Sequence record: SRR2962707_3083
Strand: one strand, 5' to 3'
Length of the DNA stretch: 55,542 nt
The notes under the pieces are model-generated. The model did not search any database and was not told where the DNA came from. It saw nothing but the letters and a program-made list of their open reading frames with translations. The position numbers and the translations under genes are program-made. This document shows positions 1 to 9,343 of the stretch, piece after piece. Position 1 is the stretch's first letter. Each line of letters begins with the position of its first letter.

Positions 1-48
1 AACCGCACCGGCATCGCCGTGCCCGGCGCGATCCCCGCTGCGCCATGA
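1..48 (+). CDS. 3' end of an upstream gene (partial, product unknown)
   Basis: Open frame NRTGIAVPGAIPAAP* from base 1. Its TGA (46-48) overlaps the next ATG (ATGA), typical of translational coupling. Confidence 0.5.
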   Translation, partial: NRTGIAVPGAIPAAP

Positions 49-857
49 GTTCGGCAGCGCAAGATAGCCGCCTCCTTGGTGCGTCGGATGGACCGGCCTT
101 CGAGATCGTCAATCCCGGTGGGGCAAGTCCGATCCTGCTCGTGTGCGAGCATGCAGCAAACCGGGTGCCTGAACGGCTCGCCAATCTGGGTCTGAAGCCC
201 GGGCAGCTCGCAAGCCATGTGGGCTGGGATCCGGGCGCCCTGGCCCTTGCAGAGCGCCTGAGCAGCGCGTTCGACGCTCAGCTCAGCGCCGCGCGGTTCT
301 CGCGCCTCGTCTATGATTGCAATCGTCCGCCCGACGCGCCGAGCGCCATGCCCCACGATACCGAAGTCTGCGCGGTGCCGGGCAATATGGACCTGACGCA
401 TGCCGAGCGGCAGGCGCGGGTCGCGGAAATCTATCTGCCCTTTCACGCGGCGCTTGCCGATCTCATCGTCCGCAAGCGCGCGGATGGCAAGAGGCCGATT
501 GTCGTCACCGTTCACAGCTTCACTCCGATTTTCAGGGGCGAGCGCCGCGACGTCGAAATCGGATTCCTCCACGGCCGGGATGGCCGCCTTGCTGGGGCCC
601 TGCGGGATTTCTGCGCCGGACGATCGGCATACGATGTTCGCCTCAACCAACCGTATGGGCCGACCGATGGCGTTCTGCACACCATCGAAAAGCACCTTGG
701 CGACAGCCCGTTTCCCTACGTGATGATCGAGGTGAGAAACGACTTGCTGGCGCCGGAAAGGGGCCTTGCGGACGTCGTGAACCTGCTCTCGAACGCGCTG
801 CCCGAGGCCCTGTCGGGGTTCAATTTCAACGAAACAACAAGATGGCCGGAAGCTTGA
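45..857 (+). CDS. N-formylglutamate amidohydrolase family protein
   Basis: Motifs LLVCEHA, HVGWDPG, SRLVYDCNRP, VTVHSFTP, MIEVRNDL; 270 aa. Confidence 0.92.
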   Translation: MSSAAQDSRLLGASDGPAFEIVNPGGASPILLVCEHAANRVPERLANLGLKPGQLASHVGWDPGALALAERLSSAFDAQLSAARFSRLVYDCNRPPDAPSAMPHDTEVCAVPGNMDLTHAERQARVAEIYLPFHAALADLIVRKRADGKRPIVVTVHSFTPIFRGERRDVEIGFLHGRDGRLAGALRDFCAGRSAYDVRLNQPYGPTDGVLHTIEKHLGDSPFPYVMIEVRNDLLAPERGLADVVNLLSNALPEALSGFNFNETTRWPEA

Positions 858-859
858 GC

Positions 860-2224
860 ATGACAGCTGACTTCACATTCGAAACCTTGAAACAAAGGGT
901 CTCCGAGGGCGAAATCGACACTGTCCTTGTCTGTCTCGTCGACATGCAGGGCCGCCTGATGGGTAAGCGGTTTCAGGCCCAGACGTTTGTCAAAAGCGCA
1001 TGGGAAGAAACCCATTGCTGCAATTACCTGCTGGCCACCGACCTTGAGATGGCAACGCCCGATGGCTATGCCGCGACAAGCTGGGCGGCGGGGTATGGCG
1101 ATTATATCATGAAGCCGGATCTCGCGACGTTGCGGCCCGTTCCCTGGCTTGAAGGCACCGCCATGGTGCTCTGCGACGTCCTCGATCATCACACGCATGC
1201 GCCGGTCGCCCATTCGCCGAGGCAAGTTCTCAAAACCCAGATCGAACGCCTTCGCGCCCTCGGGTTTGAGGCGGTGATGGCCACCGAACTGGAGTTCTTT
1301 CTGTTCGAAAAGAGCTTCGATGAAATCCGCAAGTCCGGCTTTCGCGATCTTGAGCCGATCAGCGGCTACAATGAAGATTATCACATCCTTCAGACCACCA
1401 AGGAGGAGCATGTGATGCGGCCCGTCCGCAACCTGCTTCTCGCCGCGGGGATACCTGTCGAAAGCTCGAAGGGCGAAGCCGAGGCCGGCCAGGAAGAACT
1501 CAACATCCGTTACGATGCGCCGCTCAACTGCGCCGATCACCACACCATCGCCAAGCATGCGATCAAAGAGATCGCCTGGCAGAAGGGGCATGCAGCGACC
1601 TTCCTGCCCAAATGGCACCACGACAGGGTTGGCTCGTCGTCCCACATCCACCAGTCGCTCTGGAAGAACGGGGAGCCGGCCTTTTACGACAGCACCGCCA
1701 CACACGGAATGTCCGCGCTGATGGGGCAGTACCTGGCCGGGCTCGTGAAATACGCGCCCGACGTCACCTATTTCCTCGCGCCCTATGTGAACAGCTACAA
1801 GCGGTTCCAGAAGGGCACCTTCGCGCCGACCGGTATTGTGTGGTCGATCGATAATCGTACAGCCGGCTTCCGGCTCTGCGGCGCGGATACAAGGGCGGTG
1901 CGCGTCGAGTGCCGGATCGGCGGGTCCGATATCAACCCCTATCTGGCGATGGCCGCCCAACTCGCTGCGGGGATCGCCGGGATCGAGGAGGGGCTCGATC
2001 CTCCGCCGGCTCTCACGGGGGACGCCTATGAAGCGGCAAAGGCCAGCCAGATCCCGCGCACCCTGCGCGACGCCATGGCGACGCTCAGGGCGTCGAAAAT
2101 GCTGCGTGCGGCGCTGGGCGACGATGTCGTCGAGCACTACTACCGCTGCGCGGAATGGGAACAGGAAGAGTTTGACCGCGTGGTGACGGACTACGAGATC
2201 GCCCGTGGCTTTGAGAAAGCGTGA
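860..2224 (+). CDS. Glutamine synthetase-like gamma-glutamylamide ligase (PuuA/GlnA4 type)
   Basis: DMQGRLMGKR, ATELEFFLF, GSSSHIHQSL, DNRTAGFR, RVECRIGGSD. Start taken as ATG 860, 2 nt after the upstream stop; 454 aa. Confidence 0.92.
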   Translation: MTADFTFETLKQRVSEGEIDTVLVCLVDMQGRLMGKRFQAQTFVKSAWEETHCCNYLLATDLEMATPDGYAATSWAAGYGDYIMKPDLATLRPVPWLEGTAMVLCDVLDHHTHAPVAHSPRQVLKTQIERLRALGFEAVMATELEFFLFEKSFDEIRKSGFRDLEPISGYNEDYHILQTTKEEHVMRPVRNLLLAAGIPVESSKGEAEAGQEELNIRYDAPLNCADHHTIAKHAIKEIAWQKGHAATFLPKWHHDRVGSSSHIHQSLWKNGEPAFYDSTATHGMSALMGQYLAGLVKYAPDVTYFLAPYVNSYKRFQKGTFAPTGIVWSIDNRTAGFRLCGADTRAVRVECRIGGSDINPYLAMAAQLAAGIAGIEEGLDPPPALTGDAYEAAKASQIPRTLRDAMATLRASKMLRAALGDDVVEHYYRCAEWEQEEFDRVVTDYEIARGFEKA

Positions 2225-2234
2225 GCCCGATATT

Positions 2235-3614
2235 ATGACCAAGACAATTCAATGCATTTCGCCGATAGACGGCTCCGTATTTGCCGAACGCGAGGCGCTC
2301 GCGCTCGATGATGCACGTGCGCTGACCGCCCGTTCGCGCAAGGCGCAGGCGGCGTGGGCGGCCCGGCCTCTGCAGGAGCGTATCGACCTCGTCATGGCCG
2401 GGGTTGCCGCAATAGGCGCGCTCAATGCCGAAATCGTGCCCGAACTTGCCCACCAGATGGGACGCCCGGTCCGCTACGGCGGAGAGTTTGGCGGTTTCAA
2501 CGAACGCGCGAGCCACATGTCTGCCATCGCCAAAGACGCGCTTGCAGACATCGCGGTTTCGAGCGAGGCAGGCCTCAAGCGCTACATCAAGCGCGTTCCG
2601 CACGGCGTCGTGTTTGTGGTGGCGCCCTGGAACTACCCGTACATGACCGCGATCAACACAGTGGCACCGGCCCTGATCGCCGGCAACGCGGTCGTCCTCA
2701 AGCACGCATCGCAAACCCTGCTCGTCGGCGAGCGCCTGGCGGCGGCGTTCCGCACCGCGGGCGTGCCGGAAGATGTGTTTCAGAACGTTTTTCTCGACCA
2801 TGAAACGACCGGGGCGCTCATTTCCGAAGGCGCGTTCGACTTCATCAACTTCACAGGTTCGGTGAACGGCGGCAAAGCCATGGAGCGTGCTGCAGCGGGC
2901 ACCTTTACAGGGCTCGGGCTCGAGCTTGGCGGCAAGGATCCCGGTTACGTCATGGACGACGCAGATCTCGATGCCGCAGTCGATGCGCTGATCGACGGCG
3001 CCATGTTCAATTCGGGCCAATGCTGCTGCGGGATTGAACGCATCTATGTTGCCGAACCGCTCTTTGATGCCTTTGTCGAAAAGGCTGTCGCTATCGTCAA
3101 GGGCTATAAGCTGGGCAATCCGCTCGACCCTGAAACGACGCTTGGCCCGATGGCCCATGTCCGGTTTGCACAAGAGGTGCGCAGCCAGATCGCCGACGCC
3201 GTGGCAGCAGGCGCAAAGGCGCATATCCCCACCTTCGACACTGACGATGGCGGCGCCTATCTCACCCCCCAGATTCTCACAGACGTCACTCACGACATGC
3301 GCGTGATGCGCGAGGAGAGTTTTGGTCCGGTGGTTGGCATCATGAAGGTAAGAAACGACGACGAGGCCGTCGCCCTCATGAACGACAGTGATTTCGGGCT
3401 GACGGCCTCGCTCTGGACCAAGGACATGGACCGGGCCGAGGCCATCGCGAACCGCATCGAGACCGGCACCGTCTACATGAACCGCTGCGACTATCTCGAT
3501 CCGGCCCTGTGCTGGACGGCGTGCAAGGACACCGGCCGTGGGGGCGGTCTATCGGTGATCGGCTACCACAATCTCACGCGCCCCAAATCCTACTATTTGA
3601 AGAAAGCACAGTAA
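2235..3614 (+). CDS. NAD(P)-dependent aldehyde dehydrogenase
   Basis: PWNYP, FTGS, LELGGKD, FNSGQCC, EESFGP; start ATG 2235 (MTKTIQCISP). Confidence 0.93.
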   Translation: MTKTIQCISPIDGSVFAEREALALDDARALTARSRKAQAAWAARPLQERIDLVMAGVAAIGALNAEIVPELAHQMGRPVRYGGEFGGFNERASHMSAIAKDALADIAVSSEAGLKRYIKRVPHGVVFVVAPWNYPYMTAINTVAPALIAGNAVVLKHASQTLLVGERLAAAFRTAGVPEDVFQNVFLDHETTGALISEGAFDFINFTGSVNGGKAMERAAAGTFTGLGLELGGKDPGYVMDDADLDAAVDALIDGAMFNSGQCCCGIERIYVAEPLFDAFVEKAVAIVKGYKLGNPLDPETTLGPMAHVRFAQEVRSQIADAVAAGAKAHIPTFDTDDGGAYLTPQILTDVTHDMRVMREESFGPVVGIMKVRNDDEAVALMNDSDFGLTASLWTKDMDRAEAIANRIETGTVYMNRCDYLDPALCWTACKDTGRGGGLSVIGYHNLTRPKSYYLKKAQ

Positions 3615-3615
3615 G

Positions 3616-4761
3616 ATGTTTCCCACCGCCAACTGGTCCTATCCCACCGCTATCCGCTTCGGCGCCGGGCGCATTTCCGAAATCTCCGACGCCTGCAAGG
3701 CGGCCAGTATCAGCAAGCCTCTGCTCGTCACCGACAAGGGGCTGGCGCGCATGGAGATCACAACCAAAACCCTCGATCTGATTGAAGCGGCAGGACTTGG
3801 CCGGGGGCTGTTCTCGGACGTCGATCCGAACCCCACCGATACCAACGCCGACGAGGGCGTGCGGGTGTTCAGGGACGGCGGATATGACGGCGTCATAGCG
3901 TTCGGTGGCGGCTCGGGGCTGGACCTAGCCAAGGTCATCGCCTTCATGGCCGGCCAGACCCGGCCGATGTGGGATTTCGAGGACATCGGCGATTGGTGGA
4001 CGCGTGCCAATCCCGATGCGATCGCGCCCATCGTCGCCGTTCCGACGACCGCGGGAACTGGCTCGGAGGTCGGTCGGGCGAGCGTCATCACCAACTCGGC
4101 GACGCACGAGAAAAAGATCATCTTCCACCCCAAAATGCTGCCCAGCTTGGTGATCTGCGACCCCGAACTGACCGTCGGCATGCCCAAATTCATAACGGCG
4201 GGCACGGGGCTCGATGCTTTTGCCCATTGTGTCGAGGCGTTTTCCAGCCCGCATTATCACCCGATGAGCCAGGGTATTGCCCTCGAAGGGATGCGGCTGG
4301 TGAAACAATATCTGCCGCGCGCTTATGAAAACGGCGGCGACATCGAGGCGCGAGCCAACATGATGTCTGCGGCGGCCATGGGGTCGACCGCCTTCCAGAA
4401 GGGGCTTGGCGCCATCCATGCTCTCAGCCACCCCGTCGGCGCTGTGCATCACACCCACCATGGAACCACCAACGCCGTCTTCATGCCGGCGGTGTTGCGG
4501 TTCAATCGCGACGCCATCAGCGAGCGCTTCGACGCCGCCGCGGCCTATCTCGGAATCGACGGTGGATACGAGGGATTTTGCGAATACGTGGAAACGCTCA
4601 ACGCGGCGCTCGGCATTCCCAAAACGCTCACGGAGCTGGGTGTCGAAACCCCCGACCTCGAGGCCCTCACATTGGCCGCCCTGCGCGATCCGAGCACCGG
4701 CGGAAATCCCATCAAGATGACGGCCGAAAACACCCGGGCACTGCTCGAACACTGCCTGTGA
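3616..4761 (+). CDS. Iron-containing alcohol dehydrogenase
   Basis: FGGGSGLD, VPTTAGTGSE, GLDAFAHCVE, HALSHP, HHG metal ligands. Confidence 0.93.
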   Translation: MFPTANWSYPTAIRFGAGRISEISDACKAASISKPLLVTDKGLARMEITTKTLDLIEAAGLGRGLFSDVDPNPTDTNADEGVRVFRDGGYDGVIAFGGGSGLDLAKVIAFMAGQTRPMWDFEDIGDWWTRANPDAIAPIVAVPTTAGTGSEVGRASVITNSATHEKKIIFHPKMLPSLVICDPELTVGMPKFITAGTGLDAFAHCVEAFSSPHYHPMSQGIALEGMRLVKQYLPRAYENGGDIEARANMMSAAAMGSTAFQKGLGAIHALSHPVGAVHHTHHGTTNAVFMPAVLRFNRDAISERFDAAAAYLGIDGGYEGFCEYVETLNAALGIPKTLTELGVETPDLEALTLAALRDPSTGGNPIKMTAENTRALLEHCL

Positions 4762-4797
4762 CGGTTCCGGGTGGCGGAAAACCTGCGCCCGACGGCG

Positions 4798-5325
4798 TCA
4801 CTCGGCAGAAGCGCGGGTGATGGCGTCGCTGGGAGGTGTGCCGCGGAGTTCGATGTTGAGCCCGTCGAGCTCACGGCGATCGAACGGAATGTCGTCAAGA
4901 TTGGTGGGCAGGTTGGAATCGATGGCGATGACCTTCTCGATCTTGTCGGGCCATATCTGAGCCATGAGGAGGGCGACGACACCCCCTTCGCCCTTGCCGA
5001 TGAGACCGGCCTTGCCCGTCGGGCTTGCTTGGGCGGCCTCGAGCAGCACGATTTCGAGTTGGTAGAGCGCGTCTCCAAGCGTTGAAAGTTCGGGACGATC
5101 GATGGGGCCGAAATACCAGTAGAACCCACCCACGCGGCTGGTGGCGCCGCTCGTCTGCAGGCGTGGGGCACGCACGGCAATGCGCAGTGTCCCATCTGGA
5201 CACGCCGCACCCAACGCTTCTGCATCGGGCAGATCGCCATGACGGTCGTGCAGCAACAGCCAGGGCGTTCCACCGGGATCGCCCTGCCGCTTGGTGTAGA
5301 GAAGGCTTTTGGTGCGAGCGCTCAC
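4798..5325 (-). CDS. Degenerate phospholipase/carboxylesterase-like alpha/beta-hydrolase fold protein (possibly truncated)
   Basis: WLLLHDRHG, IAVRAPR, FYWY and LIGKGEGG at the position of GFSQG; GTGA overlap with the cytochrome gene; only 175 aa. Confidence 0.6.
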   Translation of the reverse strand: MSARTKSLLYTKRQGDPGGTPWLLLHDRHGDLPDAEALGAACPDGTLRIAVRAPRLQTSGATSRVGGFYWYFGPIDRPELSTLGDALYQLEIVLLEAAQASPTGKAGLIGKGEGGVVALLMAQIWPDKIEKVIAIDSNLPTNLDDIPFDRRELDGLNIELRGTPPSDAITRASAE

Positions 5326-5717
5326 TCCGCGGCCTCACAGTCCTCGATCCAGTTGGCGATCATGGCCATCTCGTCGTCGGTCAACTGGCCACCGAACGGC
5401 ATGCGCTCGCCAGAGCCTCCCACGTCGCCATGGGTGCCTGCGAGCTTGTGATAAAGATAGCTCAACTGGGTATCGCCGGGTTCGAAGCGGTTCATGTCGG
5501 AAACCTGCGTGCTCGGCACGCCGACGGTGTTGGAAATGGTCGAGCCGGACTGGAGCGAAAGTCCGGCACCGGGGGCTGCGTCCTGATGGCAGCCGACGCA
5601 CCGCATATCGAGTACGGGCTGGATATCGCCAGCCAGGGTGACTTCGCAGGCGGCCTGCGCGGCACCGGCAAGGACGAAAAATACGCCGGCGGAAAGCGTA
5701 AGGGTCTTGATGGTCAT
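5322..5717 (-). CDS. Periplasmic monoheme c-type cytochrome
   Basis: Sec-type signal ending AAQA, heme motif CVGCH, distal ERMP followed by a helix ending NWIE; start ATG 5717; 131 aa. Confidence 0.88.
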   Translation of the reverse strand: MTIKTLTLSAGVFFVLAGAAQAACEVTLAGDIQPVLDMRCVGCHQDAAPGAGLSLQSGSTISNTVGVPSTQVSDMNRFEPGDTQLSYLYHKLAGTHGDVGGSGERMPFGGQLTDDEMAMIANWIEDCEAAE

Positions 5718-5779
5718 TTTCGTGATGGGTCCCGTGTGAGAATGGTCCCGGGCAAGCCCCGGGACCGAACATGTCGTGG

Positions 5780-7486
5780 TCACTCTTGGCTCGCGGCATG
5801 TTCGCCGGCCAGGTAGCCGAACGTCATGCCAAGCCCAAGCGTGCCTCCGCCACCGAGATAGCTCTTGCCCGAGGGAGAGGCTCCGGCATTGCCCGCCACA
5901 TAGAAACCGGAAATCGGCTCGTCGTGGATGTTGACGACCTGGCCGTGGGTATTGAAAACCGGGCCACCCTTGGTGTCGAGCGTGCCGGCGCCGAGCAGAA
6001 TGGCGTAGTAGGGGCCTTCCTCGGCGATCGGCGCCATGTAGCGGTTGGGAAGACCGCGATCGGCCGAGGCATCGTGGAAGAACGCATCAATGGGTGCCTC
6101 GCCGCGGTGGAAATCCTCGTCGATGCCGGTTTCGGCAAAGCCGTTGTAGCGGGTGATAGTGTCCTTGAGGCCGTCGAGAAAGCTCTCGTCGAGCGGGTAG
6201 GGGCCAATCTGTTCGGCAAGGCTGTCAAAGCGCGCCTGAATGTTCCCGGCCAGTTCCTCGAGCGTATCGCCGGTGATGATGTGGCTCGGCAGGTCCGCAT
6301 CGGGGCCTGGAATCAGCATGCCGCCGAATTCACGCGCCGCTTCGTCAAAGATCATCACCTGGTAGAGGTTGGGATAATTGCCCTGGAAGATATCGTAGGC
6401 CTGATGCGAACGGGTGCGCTCGGGATAAACGTACTTCTCGTCATACATGCGCTTGCCGAACTTGTTGACGGCAATCATGGAGTCCCCGCCCAGAAAGAAC
6501 ACGCCCGATGGCACCGAGGAGAACGCCAGAACCTCTTCGAGAACTTCCTGCTGGTTCCAGGCTTCGTTGAGATTGCCCAGCTTGGCGCCGACTTCGGACG
6601 CCATAAGGATCAGGTCCCCCTGATTGGTCGGGACCGCGCAGCCCCCGAGGACGGGCGTACGCAGATAGTTCGTGCGCATGTAAGGGTTGTGGGTGAAACC
6701 ACCCGAACCGAACACCACGCCCTTGTTGGCGCCAAACCGCTTGGTGCCGTCCGGGGTTTCGGCCTCGACGCCGATCACGCGGCCATCTTCGTTGGTGAGG
6801 ATGCGGGTGACACGGTGGCCCGAAAGGATTTCGCCGCCGTGATCGCGGACATAGGCGCTCATATTGGCGACGAGATCGCCGCCATAGCCCTCGCCACCCG
6901 ACGCGTTGCGGGGCGATGTCTGGCGGCCGAGAATGCCGCCGTTTTCCGGCAACTGGCCGTGGTAGTCCGGCGCCGGCTTGTCCTCCCAGGACATGGCCAT
7001 TGTGGTGGGGAAAGCGCCGCTGTCATCGAGCTGTTTGAAGACACGGTTGGCGTTGTCGTAAAAGGTTTCAAAGAGCGCGAAGGTGTCTTGGTAAAGCCCG
7101 TAGGTCGGGCTGTTTTCGCGATAGAGTTCGGGAAAGGCAACGCGTGCGCAATATTGCAGGAACGTGTCGCGATCGTCCGAAAGGCCGGCGGCCTGCATGT
7201 GATGGCTGTTGGGCACCCAGGCGCCACCGCCCGATTTGGCGGTTGTGCCGCCGGGAACTGGACCCTTTTCCAGCAGAAGGACGCTCGCACCGTTGTCGAT
7301 AGCGCCCACTGCCGCGGCAAGAGCTGCACCACCGGACCCAACGGCGACGACATCGACCTGCTGGTCCCAGTCCATTTCCTGAGCCTGCGCACCGGTTATC
7401 ATGGTGGCGCCAAGCGCCGTTCCCGTCGCGCCCAACCCGGCAGCCTTGATGAAGTCGCGTCGGGAGACGCGCGATTGTGAAGACAT
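5780..7486 (-). CDS. Tat-exported FAD-dependent oxidoreductase, 3-ketosteroid-delta1-dehydrogenase (KstD)/FAD_binding_2 family
   Basis: SRRDFIK twin-arginine signal, VGSGGA FAD motif, GGTTAKSGGGAW, TLDTKGG, GFYVAGN, SYLGGGGTLG; AGGAGG RBS. Confidence 0.88.
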   Translation of the reverse strand: MSSQSRVSRRDFIKAAGLGATGTALGATMITGAQAQEMDWDQQVDVVAVGSGGAALAAAVGAIDNGASVLLLEKGPVPGGTTAKSGGGAWVPNSHHMQAAGLSDDRDTFLQYCARVAFPELYRENSPTYGLYQDTFALFETFYDNANRVFKQLDDSGAFPTTMAMSWEDKPAPDYHGQLPENGGILGRQTSPRNASGGEGYGGDLVANMSAYVRDHGGEILSGHRVTRILTNEDGRVIGVEAETPDGTKRFGANKGVVFGSGGFTHNPYMRTNYLRTPVLGGCAVPTNQGDLILMASEVGAKLGNLNEAWNQQEVLEEVLAFSSVPSGVFFLGGDSMIAVNKFGKRMYDEKYVYPERTRSHQAYDIFQGNYPNLYQVMIFDEAAREFGGMLIPGPDADLPSHIITGDTLEELAGNIQARFDSLAEQIGPYPLDESFLDGLKDTITRYNGFAETGIDEDFHRGEAPIDAFFHDASADRGLPNRYMAPIAEEGPYYAILLGAGTLDTKGGPVFNTHGQVVNIHDEPISGFYVAGNAGASPSGKSYLGGGGTLGLGMTFGYLAGEHAASQE

Positions 7487-7513
7487 GACAACCTCCTCCT
7501 GTATCTGTCTGTT

Positions 7514-7565
7514 TGTCTTCTAGCATACGATCACTGCTAGCGCCAAGACTGTATGCCAGCATACA
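7514..7565. promoter_or_regulatory. Putative MarR operator: perfect TGTATGC-CA-GCATACA (7550-7565) plus degenerate copy (7514-7529)
   Basis: Inverted repeats in the divergent gap between the flavoprotein gene and marR. Confidence 0.6.
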
Positions 7566-7677
7566 ATTTTGAGTGCCGGCCTGCTGACAAGCTTGGCCAA
7601 CCGCGCTAGGGAACTGGATACGGCCAGGGGATGAGCGACTCGAGGCTCCGCCAGCCGAGCCTTTCCGGGAGATTGAT

Positions 7678-8181
7678 TTGAGCGAGACGAAGAAACCCCT
7701 CGATGCCGCGATGGCGACGGAGCCCTCCAATCTCGCTCACGGAGAGCTGCTCTACATGATGCACGAGCTTTCGCGGCTCATCAGCACCTATTTCGATAAC
7801 GCGATGGAGCCGCACAACCTGACTCATTCCCAATGGTGGGCGTTGATGCATATCTCCGAAAATGAAGGCCAGACCCAATCGGACCTGGCGCGCATCATGC
7901 AGATGGGGCGCGCGGCCACCAGCAAACTGCTGGAGAGACTCGAGGCAAAAGGCTGGATCGAACGACGGCCGGACAAAGCGGATCAACGGGTATTGCGGAT
8001 CTACCTCAAGGAAGGTTCGATCCCGATTTTCGGGGTCATGCAGACGGAAGGTGTCGTGCAGTTCAACAAACTCCTCAAAGATGTTTCAGAGGAGCACGAG
8101 CTCGCCGCCCTTGGCACCCTGCGCAAGATCAAGGCCAACGCCGAAAGGGCCATCAAAGCGCAATCAGCTCCGGGTCACTGA
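7678..8181 (+). CDS. MarR family transcriptional regulator
   Basis: LTHSQWWAL, TQSDLA, LERLEAKGWIERRPDKADQR winged-helix pattern; start could be ATG 7711. Confidence 0.9.
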   Translation: MSETKKPLDAAMATEPSNLAHGELLYMMHELSRLISTYFDNAMEPHNLTHSQWWALMHISENEGQTQSDLARIMQMGRAATSKLLERLEAKGWIERRPDKADQRVLRIYLKEGSIPIFGVMQTEGVVQFNKLLKDVSEEHELAALGTLRKIKANAERAIKAQSAPGH

Positions 8182-8313
8182 CCCGGTGAGGGCGTCGTAT
8201 GGGTCAGAAAGTGGAATGGATACGCCCTGGTAGGCGCATTCCATGATCCACGAAAGGCATCGATGAGCCGCAACCGAGCGGATGAATTTTCGCACGCAGG
8301 GCTCCGCAGCGCG

Positions 8314-9315
8314 CTAAAAATTCAGCGTTCGCTTGATCCACGATTTGCGCGCCGCAATCGCAGCTCGGCTGAGCTCTGTATCTGGGGCGAAGAAATCGAA
8401 ACCGTGAAAACCGCCTGACCAGATATGCAACTCACACGATCCACCGACTGCCCAAATGCGGTTCGCATATTCGACATTCTCGTCCCGGAACATTTCTGCG
8501 CTTCCGGCTTCAATGAAGGTTGGCGGCAGGTTTGTGAGGTCCTTGGCGCGGTAGGGAGCCGCATAAATTGAAACTTCTTCGGTCCCAACACGGTCCCCAA
8601 GCAGGGATCTCCAGCCCAACAGATTGCGTTGGCGTGTCCATGTATTGCCCTGAAGGTACTGGAAGCTCGAAAGCGTCGTGTTGGTATCGTCGATCATCGG
8701 GCACAACAGAAGCTGGCCTGCGAGCTTGACAGTTCCTCGATCGCGGCACATTAGCGCGACGCCGGCCGATAAACCGCCACCGGCGCTGCCACCGGTGATG
8801 ATGATCTTTTCGGGGTCGATGCCGAGCTTTTCAGCCGATTTCGCCATCCACACCAGGCCGGCATAGCAATCCTCGACCGGAGCCGGATCGGGGTGTTCAG
8901 GCGCCAGCCGATACTCGACCGTCGCGGCGACAATTCCGAATTCTACGACGAGATCGATCAGCCGCGGCACGTCCATACGGCGATTACCGACCATCATGCC
9001 GCCGCCGTGAATGTTATAGACGGCGCCAACCGGATCGGCCTTTCCCTTCATCGCCTTATCTCGGTCGGCCCTGGGGGAAAGCACAGAAACGATGATGTCC
9101 GGCGCGCCTTCCGGGCCCGGGACCGAATACTCGTCGAGCACGACTGGAAGGTCGCCGATTGCCTCCTCGAAAGAGGGAAACCACGTGTTCATGTCGTCGC
9201 GCGAAGGCTGAATGTCGGCTTCGGTCATGTCAGGTGCATCGAGTGGCGCGATGCGAGAAAGCGGCTCCAGCATTTCCGGGTCGTACGGTACGGGGGTGGG
9301 TGTCGGGTCGCCCAT
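8314..9315 (-). CDS. HSL-family (family IV) alpha/beta hydrolase / esterase
   Basis: HGGG oxyanion motif, YRLAPEHP, GGSAGG nucleophile, FHGF catalytic His; GGAGG RBS. Confidence 0.92.
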   Translation of the reverse strand: MGDPTPTPVPYDPEMLEPLSRIAPLDAPDMTEADIQPSRDDMNTWFPSFEEAIGDLPVVLDEYSVPGPEGAPDIIVSVLSPRADRDKAMKGKADPVGAVYNIHGGGMMVGNRRMDVPRLIDLVVEFGIVAATVEYRLAPEHPDPAPVEDCYAGLVWMAKSAEKLGIDPEKIIITGGSAGGGLSAGVALMCRDRGTVKLAGQLLLCPMIDDTNTTLSSFQYLQGNTWTRQRNLLGWRSLLGDRVGTEEVSIYAAPYRAKDLTNLPPTFIEAGSAEMFRDENVEYANRIWAVGGSCELHIWSGGFHGFDFFAPDTELSRAAIAARKSWIKRTLNF

Positions 9316-9343
9316 TGTTGAACTCCTCCTGATTAAGTGCTGG

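Noticed and set aside
317..859. 181-codon N-terminal extension of the GS-like ORF (635 aa in the track)
   Set aside because: It overlaps the amidohydrolase gene in another frame and is Arg/Pro-rich; GS-like sequence begins at ATG 860.
860..2224. Calling this gene glnA
   Set aside because: Sequence and catabolic context fit gamma-glutamylamide ligases, not ammonia-assimilating glutamine synthetase.
716..3293. Long antisense ORFs 716-2242 and 2085-3293
   Set aside because: Shadow frames opposite well-supported genes, expected in high-GC DNA; no motifs.
5771..7480. 569-aa plus-strand ORF mirroring the flavoprotein
   Set aside because: Antisense shadow caused by strong codon bias; no RBS or recognisable domain.
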